Shown piece by piece: positions 43,607-58,324 of a stretch of 64,000 bases of DNA. This DNA is from Octopus vulgaris (taxonomy: Eukaryota). The DNA lies in NCBI GenBank assembly GCA_951406725.2, contig OX597816.1:162750001-162814000 (forward strand). Direction: 5' to 3'. The position numbers were made by a program, and so were the translations under genes. The notes beneath the pieces were generated by a model that was not told where the DNA came from, did no database searches, and saw only the letters and a program-made list of their open reading frames with translations. Numbering within the stretch: position 1 is the stretch's first letter; the number at the start of each line of letters is the position of its first letter.

Positions 43607-44357
43607 GGTATGTATGTATGTATGTATGTATGTACGTACGCATGCATGTATATTTGTACACTTAGATACTTATATAAGTTTCGGCTAGAATTGGACCTGA
43701 CCAAAGAATAACTTAAAAGCACCACACCTGCATAAGGTATCTAATGGATGTTATTTCATAATGCAGTCATTCTTGGACACTCTAGACCATTCGAGTAAAA
43801 AGTCATTGTTTTCGGAGATATATCCGGGTGTTGGTGATCTATCTGGATTTATAATAATAATAATAATAATAATAATTTTTTTTTTTTGAGATAATGGTAC
43901 AGGAACTGTTTGAACGTCACGAGATCCTTTTCTTATATATGTCTTGGGCAAGATGTTAAAGTGACCAGGGCCAGTTAAAGTGAAACAGTTTTGTCTTAGT
44001 GTTATGATGCGCACGGGGACCAAGATAGGGGTGGATTATGAAGTAGATACCCTCCGCAAGTGTAGTATATATTTTGCATGCTCTTATGAGATGAATCGAA
44101 ATCAGCGCATAGCAGCTCATTGTATTCATGTATGTATATTATATTGTATTATGTTGTTCTTGTTTAACCCCAGCCAAAGTGAATCGACTCACATTTTCAT
44201 TTAACGGTATTCCCGATAATAATTACTGCAATCCCAATTTGTTTCGGTCTATGAAGAACTGTATTATTTACCTACCTACCTACTTACTTACTTACCGACC
44301 TACATACATACGTACATGCATACATACATACATGCATACACACACATACACGCACAC

Positions 44358-44404
<47 letters not shown>

Positions 44405-45349
44405 CATACATTCATATATACATACATACATATATATATAACTAAAAATAAGGGTGTCTGAGAGACACCACCATGCCGAAATAGCAGTCAAAACTCTGAC
44501 TTTAAAAACCACGTTAAATGTTCATATCGTACCATGAGATAAGACGGAGGGACAAAATAGACTAGCAAAAAATATTATTGAATAATTGAAGATCCAGGAT
44601 TTCTGAATCTTCTGTCTACATATATATATATAGAGAGACAGACATAGTGATGTGTATGTGTTTATATACCTTCATACATACATGGATCTATATTATACTA
44701 AACATAAAATGATACAACATTCATATATATATATAAATCTATGCATATATGTAAGTATATTGTTTATATAATAACGTGCAAAGTGATCAACTAACGCGGT
44801 TATACTTTCCTATAAGAAAATAAAAAATAATCTAGTTTTACTTATTAATATATCGACCTTCAGTTTTAAAAGAAAAAATAAACATTTCCTAACACCTACA
44901 ACTATATTTTATTTCGTTTATATTTCGTATATTATATTTCATTATATTTCGTTTGGGCCAATTAATTTAGAATTAATAATGCTAGAGTACATTTTCTTAA
45001 ATTATAGAAAATCGGGAATATCTACTATTTGGCTACACGCAGAAATTCAAGCGAGAAGTTTTAAAACGAATATTAAAAATATACGTATATACGATATGAA
45101 TAAGTATTTTTTTGCACTGGGGCGAATTTTAAAATGTTACTTATTTTATAGTTAAATTTTCGAAAGGGTGATTAAGAAAATATGAGTAATATGAACGTAT
45201 ATATTTGTATACATATACGCATACACACACAGAGGCACAGACATACATATATATATCAAAATAAATATACATATATGTGCATGTAATATATATAAAGAGT
45301 GGTGAATATTCTCAGAAATTTCACCACCAGTGGCCTAGCATGTATAAAT

Positions 45350-45457
45350 GTCAATAGACAACATATTCTCAATATGAAATAGTGTACTTTTAAACACAAG
45401 TTTTCTCTTGTGTTTAAATGTACATAATTTTCTATTGAGAATATGATGTCTATTGAC
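45350..45457. repeat. Imperfect palindrome (about 51-bp arms, 6-bp spacer)
   Basis: gtcaatagac..catattctcaat..gtac.tttaaacacaag / cttgtgtttaaatgtac..attgagaatatg..gtctattgac. Confidence 0.85.
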
Positions 45458-45692
45458 TTTTATATGTGCATGTATATATTATTTATATGATATATATATA
45501 TATGTCTTGTACTCTGTTTCTTCGTTGTTAAAAAAGTCCGTTTCCTTGTTTTGTTTTTATGTTTTCGTTTCTCGTTGTGTTCTACGTTTATTTGTGGTGT
45601 CCTGTACTCATATATGCATATATATATATATACATATAGATGTAGGTATGTACAGATATGTATGCATGCATATGTTTTATTTATTAAATTGT

Positions 45693-45733
<41 letters not shown>

Positions 45734-45879
45734 TTGCATAGTTTATACATTATATAAATATGTACCACGCATGTATATAACATGTGTAAGAGTGAATATA
45801 CATATATTTTTATGTTTATATATATATATATATTCATGAATATCTCTCTATCTATGCCTATATGTATATGTGAGTGTGC

Positions 45880-45994
<115 letters not shown>

Positions 45995-46473
45995 TACATA
46001 CAAACGTTTTACATCTCGTATAGAAGCAAAGATTCAGTGAAACTTGAATGACATAGACCAGAATTGAACACGGTTAGAAATATATGCTGGTTAATATTTA
46101 AAATAACATGACGAAAATACGTTTTACATATATCAGAAAACTGTAACATAAATCTCTACTGTATATCTATATTATACACACTCTCAGACACGTTATAAAA
46201 AATACATACAATAGATAATGAAATCACTTGTTTTAATTCGATATTTGTAATATGTATGTGTGAAATATATCATTGGCATCTGATATGTGTGTGTGTGCGT
46301 ATGTGTGTCCATAAACATTCAAATACGCATATATACATAAATATGTCACTCACCTGGGTAATGTATGTATCCACCAGTATATATAAAACACGTATGTTCA
46401 ATCTATATATGAAATAAGTATGTGTGCGAAATATATTGCGTATCGGCAATAAATACAACCATACATACGAACA

Positions 46474-46524
<51 letters not shown>

Positions 46525-46924
46525 GTATGTATGTATATGTATGGGTGTGTATAAGGAGATTTAATTATATATTAATGTATCTATAAATGTTTTTGTTTGT
46601 GCGCATTTGTAGTGTGTATGTGCTTGTATAAGTATATATGTGAATGTGTGTGTGTATGTGTGTGTGTGTGTTAGTGAGTGTATGTTTGAGCTTGCTTGTG
46701 ATACAGTAAACAATCATATATGAAAGATGTGACAAGTTTTTTTTTGCGCTCGCTATATATTTTCTATGTGATATTGTTCTGTACTGTCTTTCGTCTTTGT
46801 GTAAACATTTAGTTGTTAAAAGAAATCGCTGTTATTAATTTTGTTATCATTACTATCATCACCATCATCATCATCATCATCATCATCATCATTATCACAA
46901 TCATCAGTATTATTATTATTATTT

Positions 46925-47000
46925 TTTTTCTTCTTTCAAATTTGCTTCCATTTCTTGCCGAGTGTCTTCCCGACTCCTAGGGCAAAGAAACTCATAGTAT
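46925..47000 (-). mobile_element. Short LINE 3' tail between (TTA)n tracts (possibly Dong/R4)
   Basis: Unique 75-bp island; minus strand ends ..ggcaagaaatggaagcaaatttgaaagaagaaaaaaaa(taa)n. Confidence 0.35.
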
Positions 47001-47001
47001 A

Positions 47002-47060
<59 letters not shown>

Positions 47061-47448
47061 TATTATTATTGTTGTTATTGTTATTGTTGTTGTTGTTATG
47101 GTCATGATCATCATAATCATCGTGATCGTCATATGAACGTAGCCGTCATCATCATCTTTACCATTAAGATTTTTATACTGTTTCACTCCATATTAATGAA
47201 CAGAATATAAGGATATAACTGTAATTAATCATAATCGACTATGTTTTAAATTAACAACTTTTATTATTACATTCTTAATTACATTTTCGATATAAAATGT
47301 AGGAGTTTAGCAGAATTATGAACGTGTTGAGATTAAAAATTTAGTATTTTTATCGTATCACTTTTAAAAACTAATTATTATAATAATAAAATTGATTAAC
47401 ATTACATTAATAATAACAATAATAATAATCATGATAATAATAATAATG

Positions 47449-47509
<61 letters not shown>

Positions 47510-47801
47510 CAACAACAACAATCATGATAATACTATTATTTATGTATATATATATATATATAGTTTGATGGCATGCGCTGCTCTTTCACCCCGATAATAA
47601 TAATAATAATAATGTTATTATAGGAAAGGCTTCTTTTTTCTGTCGAGGGCTTATATGCCCCTATATTAGACTATTTTCCTTAGTCATTGCACGGTGATCG
47701 CCCTAAGCTTTAAGCATATATAAAAAATATAACGTTAATATTACTTACAGGATTGCAAAAAGGGAGCCGTATAAAAAGAACATTCGCACCGAAAGCATAT
47801 A

Positions 47802-47878
<77 letters not shown>

Positions 47879-47885
47879 GTATATG

Positions 47886-47942
<57 letters not shown>

Positions 47943-47951
47943 ATGTATATG

Positions 47952-47995
<44 letters not shown>

Positions 47996-48262
47996 TATAA
48001 ATATGTATATATATGTATATAAATATGTATATATATATATATATATATATATGTTTGTGTGTGTGTGTTTATCAATTTGTGTTGCAAGATTCCTGATGTG
48101 AAATCGTGAGTTGAAATAGATATTGCTGTATTTTGGGAGGGTCATTTTTTTCTTGTTTTGCCAAATAAACACATGCCCTATATATATATTTATTCTTCAC
48201 TTGTTTATTACTGTTCTTATTTTAACTCATGTTAACTCAAGTCCACTGTCCGGTAATACAAA

Positions 48263-48449
<187 letters not shown>

Positions 48450-48867
48450 TATTATATATATAATATATATATGTATATACATATATGCATGTATATATAT
48501 TCATACAGACAGAAAATTGTATTTTGTTAATAAATATATATACTCCCAGAAAATATCATACAATAGTTTTGTTTTTCTCCAATATAATCTTCATTTGCAT
48601 TCACAGACGAGAACTCAATCACACACCAATACGTTTAGAAATATACAAATATGCATACATATTACACATGCATATACATATAATATCATAATATGCGATA
48701 TATTTAATGTAGATTAGAATATATATATTATATAAAAAAAATAGATTATATGATATCATCATCGCTTAACGTCCGCTTTGCATGCTAGCATGGGTTTATA
48801 TATATATATGTAATATACTATGATAAATAAAAGCATACACACAGATATACACTTAAATTATATATAT

Positions 48868-48945
<78 letters not shown>

Positions 48946-49146
48946 GAGAGACAGATAGATATAAAATCGTACAAATATAAATGCATACATATATAAAAAT
49001 ATATATACATGTGGTATGTGTGTCTGTGTCTGTCTCTGTGTGTGCGTCTGTGTATTATATACTGCCACCATAAATATGTGTGAAGTTAACGTGAGAATGT
49101 AAGAATATCACTGCCTGAAATCCTACTCTTCCGTGCATACGTGTGC

Positions 49147-49199
<53 letters not shown>

Positions 49200-49201
49200 T
49201 T

Positions 49202-49301
<100 letters not shown>

Positions 49302-49454
49302 GCACACATACACACAAAATAATTATGGCTACTTAAAAAAATGTTCAGCCTTTGATTTATTAATCATTTCAATTAGAAATGCTATATATATTTAAAAATT
49401 ATAAAATATGTATGTGAATATTAAGGCCTATTCATTCCATTTCCTCTAATATCT

Positions 49455-49538
<84 letters not shown>

Positions 49539-49620
49539 TAATCCAAACAAGAAAACACAGAAAAAAGAAGAGACATATAATACATATACACACACTCATA
49601 TATATATATATATATATATA

Positions 49621-50003
49621 GGCGCAGGGGTGAATGTGTGGTAAGTAGCTTGCTTATCAACCATATGGCTCCGGTTTCAATCCCACTACTCGGCACCTTG
49701 GGCAAGTGTCTTGTACTATAGCCTCAGGCCGACCAAAGACTTGTGAGTGGATTTGGTAGACGGAAACAGAAAGAAGCCCGTCGTATATTTATGTAATGTG
49801 TGTGTCTGTGTTTGTACCCCCACCATCGCTTGACAAACGGTATTTGCGTGTTTACGTCCCCGCATCTAGCGGTTCGGCAAAAAGGGACCGATAGAATAAG
49901 TACTAGACTTACAAAGAATAAGTCCTGGGGTCGATTTGTTCGGCTAAATGTGTGCTCCAGAATGGCTGCAGTCGGACGACTGAAACAAGTAAAAGAGTAA
50001 AAT
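49621..50003 (+). mobile_element. SINE family A, full length
   Basis: (TA)n|ggcgcagggg..tail gaaacaagtaaaagagtaaaa. Confidence 0.88.
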
Positions 50004-50043
50004 AGTATATATATATATATTGATATCAACACATGCACACGTA

Positions 50044-50151
<108 letters not shown>

Positions 50152-50945
50152 AGAACATATGTTCATAGTAATGCTTTCTTAGATTCTACCATTAAAAATA
50201 TCTAGTTACCTCATTACTCAAAAACTGGATGTTTAATTTAAAACATATCAGAGGAAAATTAATTTATGTGAGAAAAAATATATTACTTGTACGTAAGTTT
50301 ACTTCTTAAACTGGGCAACAAATAAAATATGAAAATAAATTGTTTTGGGAATACGCGAATCTGTTTTTGGAACACTTCATTTTGAGAGTTTTTAGTTAAA
50401 AAAAATATTCCTCTAAAATGTACGCAGTCTTCACTATGCCTCTAAAATAATTTTACTCTAGCTGGTGTTTTTACATTTCCAGTGACATACAAACACAAAA
50501 AAACTTATGTACTTTTCTTGGAGGTCATGATTAGTTAATTTGTGTTTAATAGACGCATATGTACATTCATGCATACGCATATATCTGTATGTGTCAGTAT
50601 GTTATATGTATATGTTACACACACTGAAATATTCCTTTGTTAATTGAACTAAATAATATTACAATATTTCTTTGCATTAATCTTGTGTATGATATGGAAT
50701 ATATATATATATATATGTATACATACATACACACATAGTTTATGTATATATACATATGTATGTATTTGTATATATATATATATATAGATAGATAGATAGA
50801 TAGAATAGATACATGCATATGTGCATACATATACACAATAATATACGTACATTCTTTTACTCGTCATTTGACTGCGGCCATGCTGCAGCAACGGCTAAAC
50901 ATTTATATGTGTAAATATATATACACACATATATGCATACATTGT

Positions 50946-50991
<46 letters not shown>

Positions 50992-51020
50992 GAATATATA
51001 TATGAATATGCAAATCATTG

Positions 51021-51085
<65 letters not shown>

Positions 51086-51306
51086 AATATTGATAAAAAT
51101 AATATTACGTATGTTGTACGAGATGCAAAAGAATCATTTACGTACATTTTCTTTAAATATATATATACATATACACACCATAGGTATAAAATATGAAATA
51201 CGGTAATGAGAGACAAAGAAAAAGAGCTACAGCCAGAGCGAGATATATATATATATATATACATACATATAAATATATATATTTACATTTTTATATTTAT
51301 ATATAT

Positions 51307-51354
<48 letters not shown>

Positions 51355-51672
51355 TTTTTGCGTTAAGGGGGAAAACAAACTAAACACACAGCAATTCTAG
51401 TTTACTGCTATGTAAAGAAGCAATATGGCGTCTCCCCTTGTCAGACAGAATGTCGTTGTTAGGTGGGAGATAGAGTCAGCGAGCTAGCTTGCTTGCTTGT
51501 TAGGAAAATGAGCAGAATGATAAAAATGTTTTATGTCTGACCGGTCTATCTTTCTATATCGGACGGTTAGGCTTTATTTTTTTTTATTTGTTTATTTTTG
51601 TTTGTAGCATATTTGCGTGAAAGAATAGTGCTTACAAAATCGTGTGCACATGGAAAAGCATAAAGGAAAAAG

Positions 51673-51723
<51 letters not shown>

Positions 51724-52824
51724 ATGTGTGTGTCTGTATGGTACGTATATATATATATACAAATGCATATACAAATGCATGTTCATATATACATATAGTT
51801 GTGTGGGTGGATGTATATATATATATATATATATATATGATGTACCCATTTAATATATATATATATATGTATATATATATATGTATGTATGTACATACAC
51901 ACATAAATATATATGTAAACATACAAATGTACACATTATTTACTCACACAAAGAGAATGGGAGAAAGAGTGACAGAGAGACAGATAAGTCTACAGAAGAA
52001 TAAATAGAAATACAGATACAGCTACCCTTACAAACTACTAGACAGGAACAAAGGCAAAGTGTTTACGTTTCAGAGATAGATAGATTCATAGATAGACAGC
52101 CAGATAGACAGACACATAAAGTAACCATAGTCAATATGGTAGGCTACAAAACATCTTAAAAAACCTACTACTACTACTACTTCTACAACCGCCACCACCT
52201 TACGTTGGAAAAGAGTAATGTCAAAACAACTGCTAAAATTTATTTAATATCATCATTAGTATTATTATTATGGAGTGGATTTTGCAAGGAGGGATAGGTT
52301 GAGTACACTATGGTTTTTACATTTTTTTTTCCGAGCTTTTCTCGTAGTCTTTTTTCCTTCTTTTCAAAAATTTCGTGGCAAGCTTCGATTCATTTTCTTG
52401 AAACTAATAAACACGAAACACGAAGATAAAACTACTACGCAGGGATGTAAAACGACAGCTTATACGTATATATATATGCATACACATATGCATTTAATTA
52501 AATATATATATAAATATATATATATGTGTGTGTGTGAATGTAATTATAGGTATGTATGTATGAACGCATGATTTATGTATACTGGGACACGAGATTGTAT
52601 ATAAAGTCTAGTGTGTATAAGGTAATAGTCATGTAAAGTCGAAACTGAGTAATGTGTTTAGTAGAAAAACATCTAGCAAAATATAATAATAATAATAATA
52701 ATAATAAATAATGATAACGATAATAAAATCTTATAGAATTGGATAAAAAGCCGATTACACGCATATATATACATACTCAGACGTAACACATTCACGTGTG
52801 TGTATATGTGTGTGTATACATGTG

Positions 52825-52876
<52 letters not shown>

Positions 52877-53262
52877 CTGCATTATATTTGTTGTAAACAT
52901 TCACACATTGCATACGAATTTGTAAGCATCGAATACATATTAGACAATAACAATTTTTACAAAAAAAAAATAATAATAATAAGATGCAGAACTTGAAATA
53001 AAAGATGATCAAAAAACGAAATAATATTCAAATGAAACACAAAAGAAAACAAAAGAAATATTAATTCTACGGTTTGTCATACCCGATTTGGAAGGAAACT
53101 GATATATAAATAATATATATATGTATATATATATATAGTGGAAACTTAACAAAATTAAATAATAAATTATGAGTGTTAAAAGAGAGTTAAATATCCGATA
53201 ATGTACATAAACATATGCGCGTGTATGTGTGTATATGTGTGTGAATATATATATATATATAA

Positions 53263-53329
<67 letters not shown>

Positions 53330-53569
53330 GATAGCAGAAGGAATGAGTGAGTAGCCATTATATATACATATACATCTATATATAATATAATAGAAAAGAA
53401 CGTATCCAATGTACAAATGGCTCCTGTGTCTTTTGTAAAAGTTATTATGTTGCCTAAAACGGCTGGCTGGCGGGAGAAACAATAACGGAAGATTACGGAA
53501 AATTACGGAGATTTTTCAAAGCGGAAATAAACGAAAAGGAACGACAGCTATTTTTATTATTATTATCAA

Positions 53570-53606
<37 letters not shown>

Positions 53607-53729
53607 TTGTTTCTTTATTGTCTATCTCTATTTTATTTATTTGTTTAACTTATATATTTATATATATTTGTTTGTTTATTTATTGGAATTCTGCTGTTTT
53701 TGCACTCATACACAGTGTTATCACCTAGC

Positions 53730-54283
53730 ACAGTTGTTGTTACTGTAGTTGTTGTTGTTGTCGTTGTTGTTGTTGCTTTTGTCGTGGTATTGTTTTATTT
53801 TCTCACACCCATTGATTTTAACATGATGGCGGAGGTGGTGGTGGCTGTTGATCGATGGCGGCGATGGGGACGGTACAAATAATGATCTTGGTGCGTCGGT
53901 GATAGCGACGGCGTCGATGGCGAGGGTGTCGCTTGTGGTGGCGATGTCGGCGATGGCACCAATGGCGGTGATGGCGGTTCCTGCTTTCGATGATGAGGTG
54001 GTGTAGACGGCGGTGGAGCTAGAGTCGATGAGGGTCATGGTAGTGGTGAGTGTAGAGTAAGGGGGAGGGAGGAATGCTGTAAATGGTGGCGGAGGAGTTG
54101 GCGGTGATGTTACTAATGTAGTCGATGGTATTGATGGTGGTAGTGGTGGTGATGGCAATGCTGTTGTTGGTGGCGTTGGGGTTGGTAGTAGGGCGTGTTG
54201 TTGATGGTGGTAGTGGTGGGGACGAGGCGGGATTCTGAATAGTAGCCGTCGCAATGGTTGTGAGAGGTGATATTAATGGTGAC

Positions 54284-54315
<32 letters not shown>

Positions 54316-54590
54316 GGACTGAACTGCTGGTGGTTGTTGTGATGGGACTGATGCTGATGGTGGGGAAATACCACGATGGTGGCGTGGCGACGGAGATGAT
54401 GATACTGCTTGTTGAGGATGCTGGTGGTAGTGGTAGAGGTGGTGGTGGTGGTGATGGTGGTGGTTATGGTATTGGTGTTGAAGTTGGTGGTGAGGGCGAC
54501 GGGGACGGTGGTGTTGTTGCTCATGATTGTGGTTATGATGATGGCGAAGGTCGTCACAGTACAACAGCATCAGCAGCAGCAGCAACACAT

Positions 54591-54645
<55 letters not shown>

Positions 54646-55500
54646 TGTCAGTCCTTCGATATTGGTACTCGACGTCATTCCCCCACTCCACCTTCCCTCA
54701 TAACAGAAGTAAAGACGCTATGTTTGAAGAGAGAGTGAGTGAAGTCGTCTCCTCACACCGACACACTGTAGACCAATACCGAAGGAACACCGTAATAGTA
54801 GTAGTTGTAGTAGCGGTAATTGAGGCTATGGCGGTGGTGTTGACGGTAGTAAAGTGTCGGTGGCGGTCAGTGTGTCGATGGTAGGTGTGAGGGCGAAAGG
54901 AGGAGAGGGGGTGGCTATTCGTGGCGTGACGGTGGTGGCCTAGGAGGTAGTGGTTTGCTCTGTGCTGGTGTTGGCAGCGGAAGCGGTGTAAATGGCGGTA
55001 GCCATGGTAGTGGTGGTTGTGGTATGCATGACACTATGATGATAATGATGATGATGATGATGTGGATGATGAAGATGACAATACTAATGATGATGGCGGT
55101 GGTGATGGGGAATGATGGCGGGTAAGCTTTCATGATAATGGTGAGAACGATGAAGATGTTGATGATGATGATGATGTTTATTATAATGATGATGAGGATG
55201 ATACTAATAATGATGATGATGAAGATGGTGATGGTAATGATGAGGTTGTTGCGGTGGCGGTGTTGGTGGTGGTAGTAAGAAATAATAGACGCATGACAAG
55301 CGAAGTAAGGGAAAGGAGGAAGATAAAGGAATGTTTGGACAACATACATGAAAGAGAGAGAGAGAGAGAGAGAAATGGTGGGAGCGGGAGGAGGAGTGAG
55401 AAGAAAGAGAGGAAAGGAAAGGAAAGGGAGGGAGGGAAAATGAGAAGGGAAAAGGAGGATTATAATTAAGAGTGATAGGCGGAGTGGCAAGCTGTAAGAG
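53730..55500. repeat. Cryptically simple trinucleotide region (GGT/GAT/GTT/GTA-rich) followed by a purine tract
   Basis: Period-3 low complexity; long ORFs on both strands and in several frames. Confidence 0.8.
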
Positions 55501-55580
55501 TGGCAGGATGTCATTGTGAACGACAAACCAGGTCACTGACATATATATATATATATACATATGTGCGTGTATATATACTG

Positions 55581-55611
<31 letters not shown>

Positions 55612-55847
55612 GTGCGTATATATGTGTGTATATTTACGTGTGTGTGTATATATGCATATATATATGTATATATATATATGCATATATACACATATGTATA
55701 TATATATATGTAGCACTACTCAGGCTTACTTGTAGTGGAATGCTCTATTACAGGTGCACATATACACAAAGAATTAAATATAAATATAGATAGTATGCAC
55801 GCGTGTATTTCCGAATCTATTGCGCGCGCACACGCACACACACACAC

Positions 55848-55892
<45 letters not shown>

Positions 55893-55944
55893 AATGAATC
55901 ATTTGCATTGACAAAACGACCAACCTACGTAAACAAATACACGC

Positions 55945-56050
55945 AGAATAAGTACTGGGCTTACAAAGAATAAGTCCCGGGGTCGATCTGCTCGACTAAA
56001 GGCGGTGCTCCAACATGGCCGCAGTCAAATGACTGAAACAAGTAAAAAAA
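55945..56050 (+). mobile_element. SINE family A tail
   Basis: agaataagtactgggcttacaaagaataagtcccgggg..gactgaaacaagtaaaa. Confidence 0.85.
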
Positions 56051-56101
56051 AAAAAAATATATTATATATATATATATGTGTGTGAGAGAGAGAGAGAGAG
56101 A

Positions 56102-56137
<36 letters not shown>

Positions 56138-56159
56138 GATTGTGTGTGAGTGTGTATGC

Positions 56160-56518
56160 GTGGAGACACAATGGCCCAGTGATTAGGGTAGCGGACTCGC
56201 GGCTGTAGGATCGCGGTTTCGATTCCTAGACCGGGCATTGTGAGTGTTTATTGAGCGAAAATACCTTAAGTTCCACGAGACTCCAGCAGAGGGTGGTGGT
56301 GAGGCCCTGCTGTACTCATTCACTACAACTTTCACTCTTTCTTCCAGTTATTGTTGTACTTATATTTCAAAGGGCCAGCCTTATCACACTCTGCGTCACG
56401 CTGAATCTCCCCGGGAACTACGTTAAGGGTACATGTGTCTGTGGAGTGCTCAGCCACTTGTACGTTAATTTCACGAGCAGGCTGTTCCGTTGATCGGATC
56501 ATCTGGAACCGTCGTCGA
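56160..56518 (+). mobile_element. SINE family C
   Basis: tRNA-like head (tggcccagtg..ggtttcgattcc) and a tail shared with 38906-39247. Confidence 0.85.
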
Positions 56519-56570
56519 TGGTCACGTAGAATCAACGTGAGCAAGGGAGGAGGAGTTAGGGAGAGAGAGT

Positions 56571-56599
<29 letters not shown>

Positions 56600-56603
<4 letters not shown>

Positions 56604-56807
56604 CATAAGGGACTAAAGCCATCTGAATATGGCTAGGGACAGGGCAGGGTGGTGGGGGTGTTACTGTTGCATTTAGCCCCAGGCGAACATCAACGTCGCC
56701 AGATGGGCTTGACACCATCACGGCGTCCTTTATCCTGCAAAGGGAGATAATTCCCCGATGAAGCGGGTCCCTAGCCATATTCAGATGGCTTTAGTCCCTT
56801 ATGTTAT
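56600..56807. mobile_element. Element with perfect 41-bp terminal inverted repeats (MITE or fold-back)
   Basis: ataacataagggactaaagccatctgaatatggctagggac at 56600-56640, exact reverse complement at 56767-56807; TA at both outer ends. Confidence 0.7.
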
Positions 56808-56850
56808 GGAGCAGTTACTGTCTATATCTCATTTAGAGAATTATTATTGC

Positions 56851-56879
<29 letters not shown>

Positions 56880-56885
<6 letters not shown>

Positions 56886-58032
56886 GTTAAAAAAACACAA
56901 ACTGGGACAAGAACGTGAAACATTTTGAAGACGACAGAAAAACACACAGACGGGACTTTCGAAGCTCTCAGTCATCAGTCAAGAACCAGATCATCTTCGC
57001 AATTTCGGCTGATTAATCTTGAGATTGCTCCAATCTGGGCAGCCCGCCAAGGGAAATCTAAGCCAGTCGCATTAGATTCCTTGGAAGAAAACCTCGAATG
57101 TATACAACACGGTGACGGAAAAACGGACGATGTTACTCGAAAAAAATTCAAAAATACGTAAAAACAATAACGATAGCACGGATAAGAATACACAATAACG
57201 TAAAAACAATAATAACAAGACAAGGACGTCAGGACAAGCGTCTTTCGACAGGACGAGTTGAGTATAGGCTGGCTGTGGAACAAGTGCCTGAAGGCAAACG
57301 GAGCACAAACAAATACGGGTGGTCACACCAACTACTTGATGCGAAAAGGCAGTAGTAGCTAGCTGGTCACGTGAGCACAAAAAGGAGAAAGGGACAGATG
57401 AAGAGGGAAGCAAGAGAGGGAAAGGGACAGGTCAAGTGGGGTATAAGGTCTGAGAGGCAGAGAAATGTGGGAGAGGAGGGACGGAGGAAGAGAGAAAGAA
57501 AGAAGGGGAACAAGGGAGGAGAAGAAAAAGAGGGAAAGAGACAGAACCAGGGGAGTGCAAAGGGTGAAGGCAGAGAAAAGTAGGAGAGGGGGAAAAAGAG
57601 ACAGTGAAGTCGAGTCGTACCAATGTTAGAGAGTAATATACTTACAGTATAGGGTCAAAAGGTAGGATACGTAGCCGCCGTGTATATATGTAAACGTTAA
57701 AAAAACACAAACTGGGACAAGAACGTGAAACATTTTGAAGACGACAGAAAAACACACAGACGGGACTTTCGAAGCTCTCAGTCATCAGTCAAGAACCAGA
57801 TCATCTTCGCAATTTCGGCTGATTAATCTTGAGATTGCTCCAATCTGGGCAGCCCGCCAAGGGAAATCTAAGCCAGTCGCATTAGATTCCTTGGAAGAAA
57901 ACCTCGAAAGTATACAACACGGTGACGGAAAAACGGACGATGTTACTCGAAAAAAATTCAAAAATACGTAAAAACAATAACGATAGCACGGATAAGAATA
58001 CACAATAACGTAAAAACAATAATAACAAGACC

Positions 58033-58037
<5 letters not shown>
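56880..58037 (-). mobile_element. Young non-autonomous PLE-like element: 348-bp direct repeats, 810-bp period, in (TA)n
   Basis: 56880-57227 versus 57690-58037, two mismatches seen by eye; no credible ORF; TATATA at the unit junction; CTGATGA..GAAA in each repeat. Confidence 0.75.
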
Positions 58038-58098
<61 letters not shown>

Positions 58099-58324
58099 AA
58101 CTTGTTAGCAGTTCAAATATACTTGGGATATATTCGAACCGGTGAGGCGCCATTCACTGTATTTTGTCATGGAGAAAATTTCACACATGCACACACGCGT
58201 GCAAAGACACTATAGGATGAACGCTTAAATAGACGAAACTTCGAATTCCCTCTCAATAATATTCTTGCTTAATAATAATACTTTTGAACTGTATAAATGT
58301 CTAGAATAACCCATCAGATTAATA

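Noticed and set aside
56650-56745. Twister ribozyme on the minus strand (GAUGG-UGUCAAGC-CCAUC resembles P4/L4)
   Set aside because: Could not place the UAA-P2-GC elements with complementary pairing, and the GAG motif is absent
56925-57971. Duplicated 78-aa ORF as a tandem gene pair
   Set aside because: It lies in the direct repeats, starts at TTG and has no motif; relatives at 11821 and 30449 are truncated and indel-ridden
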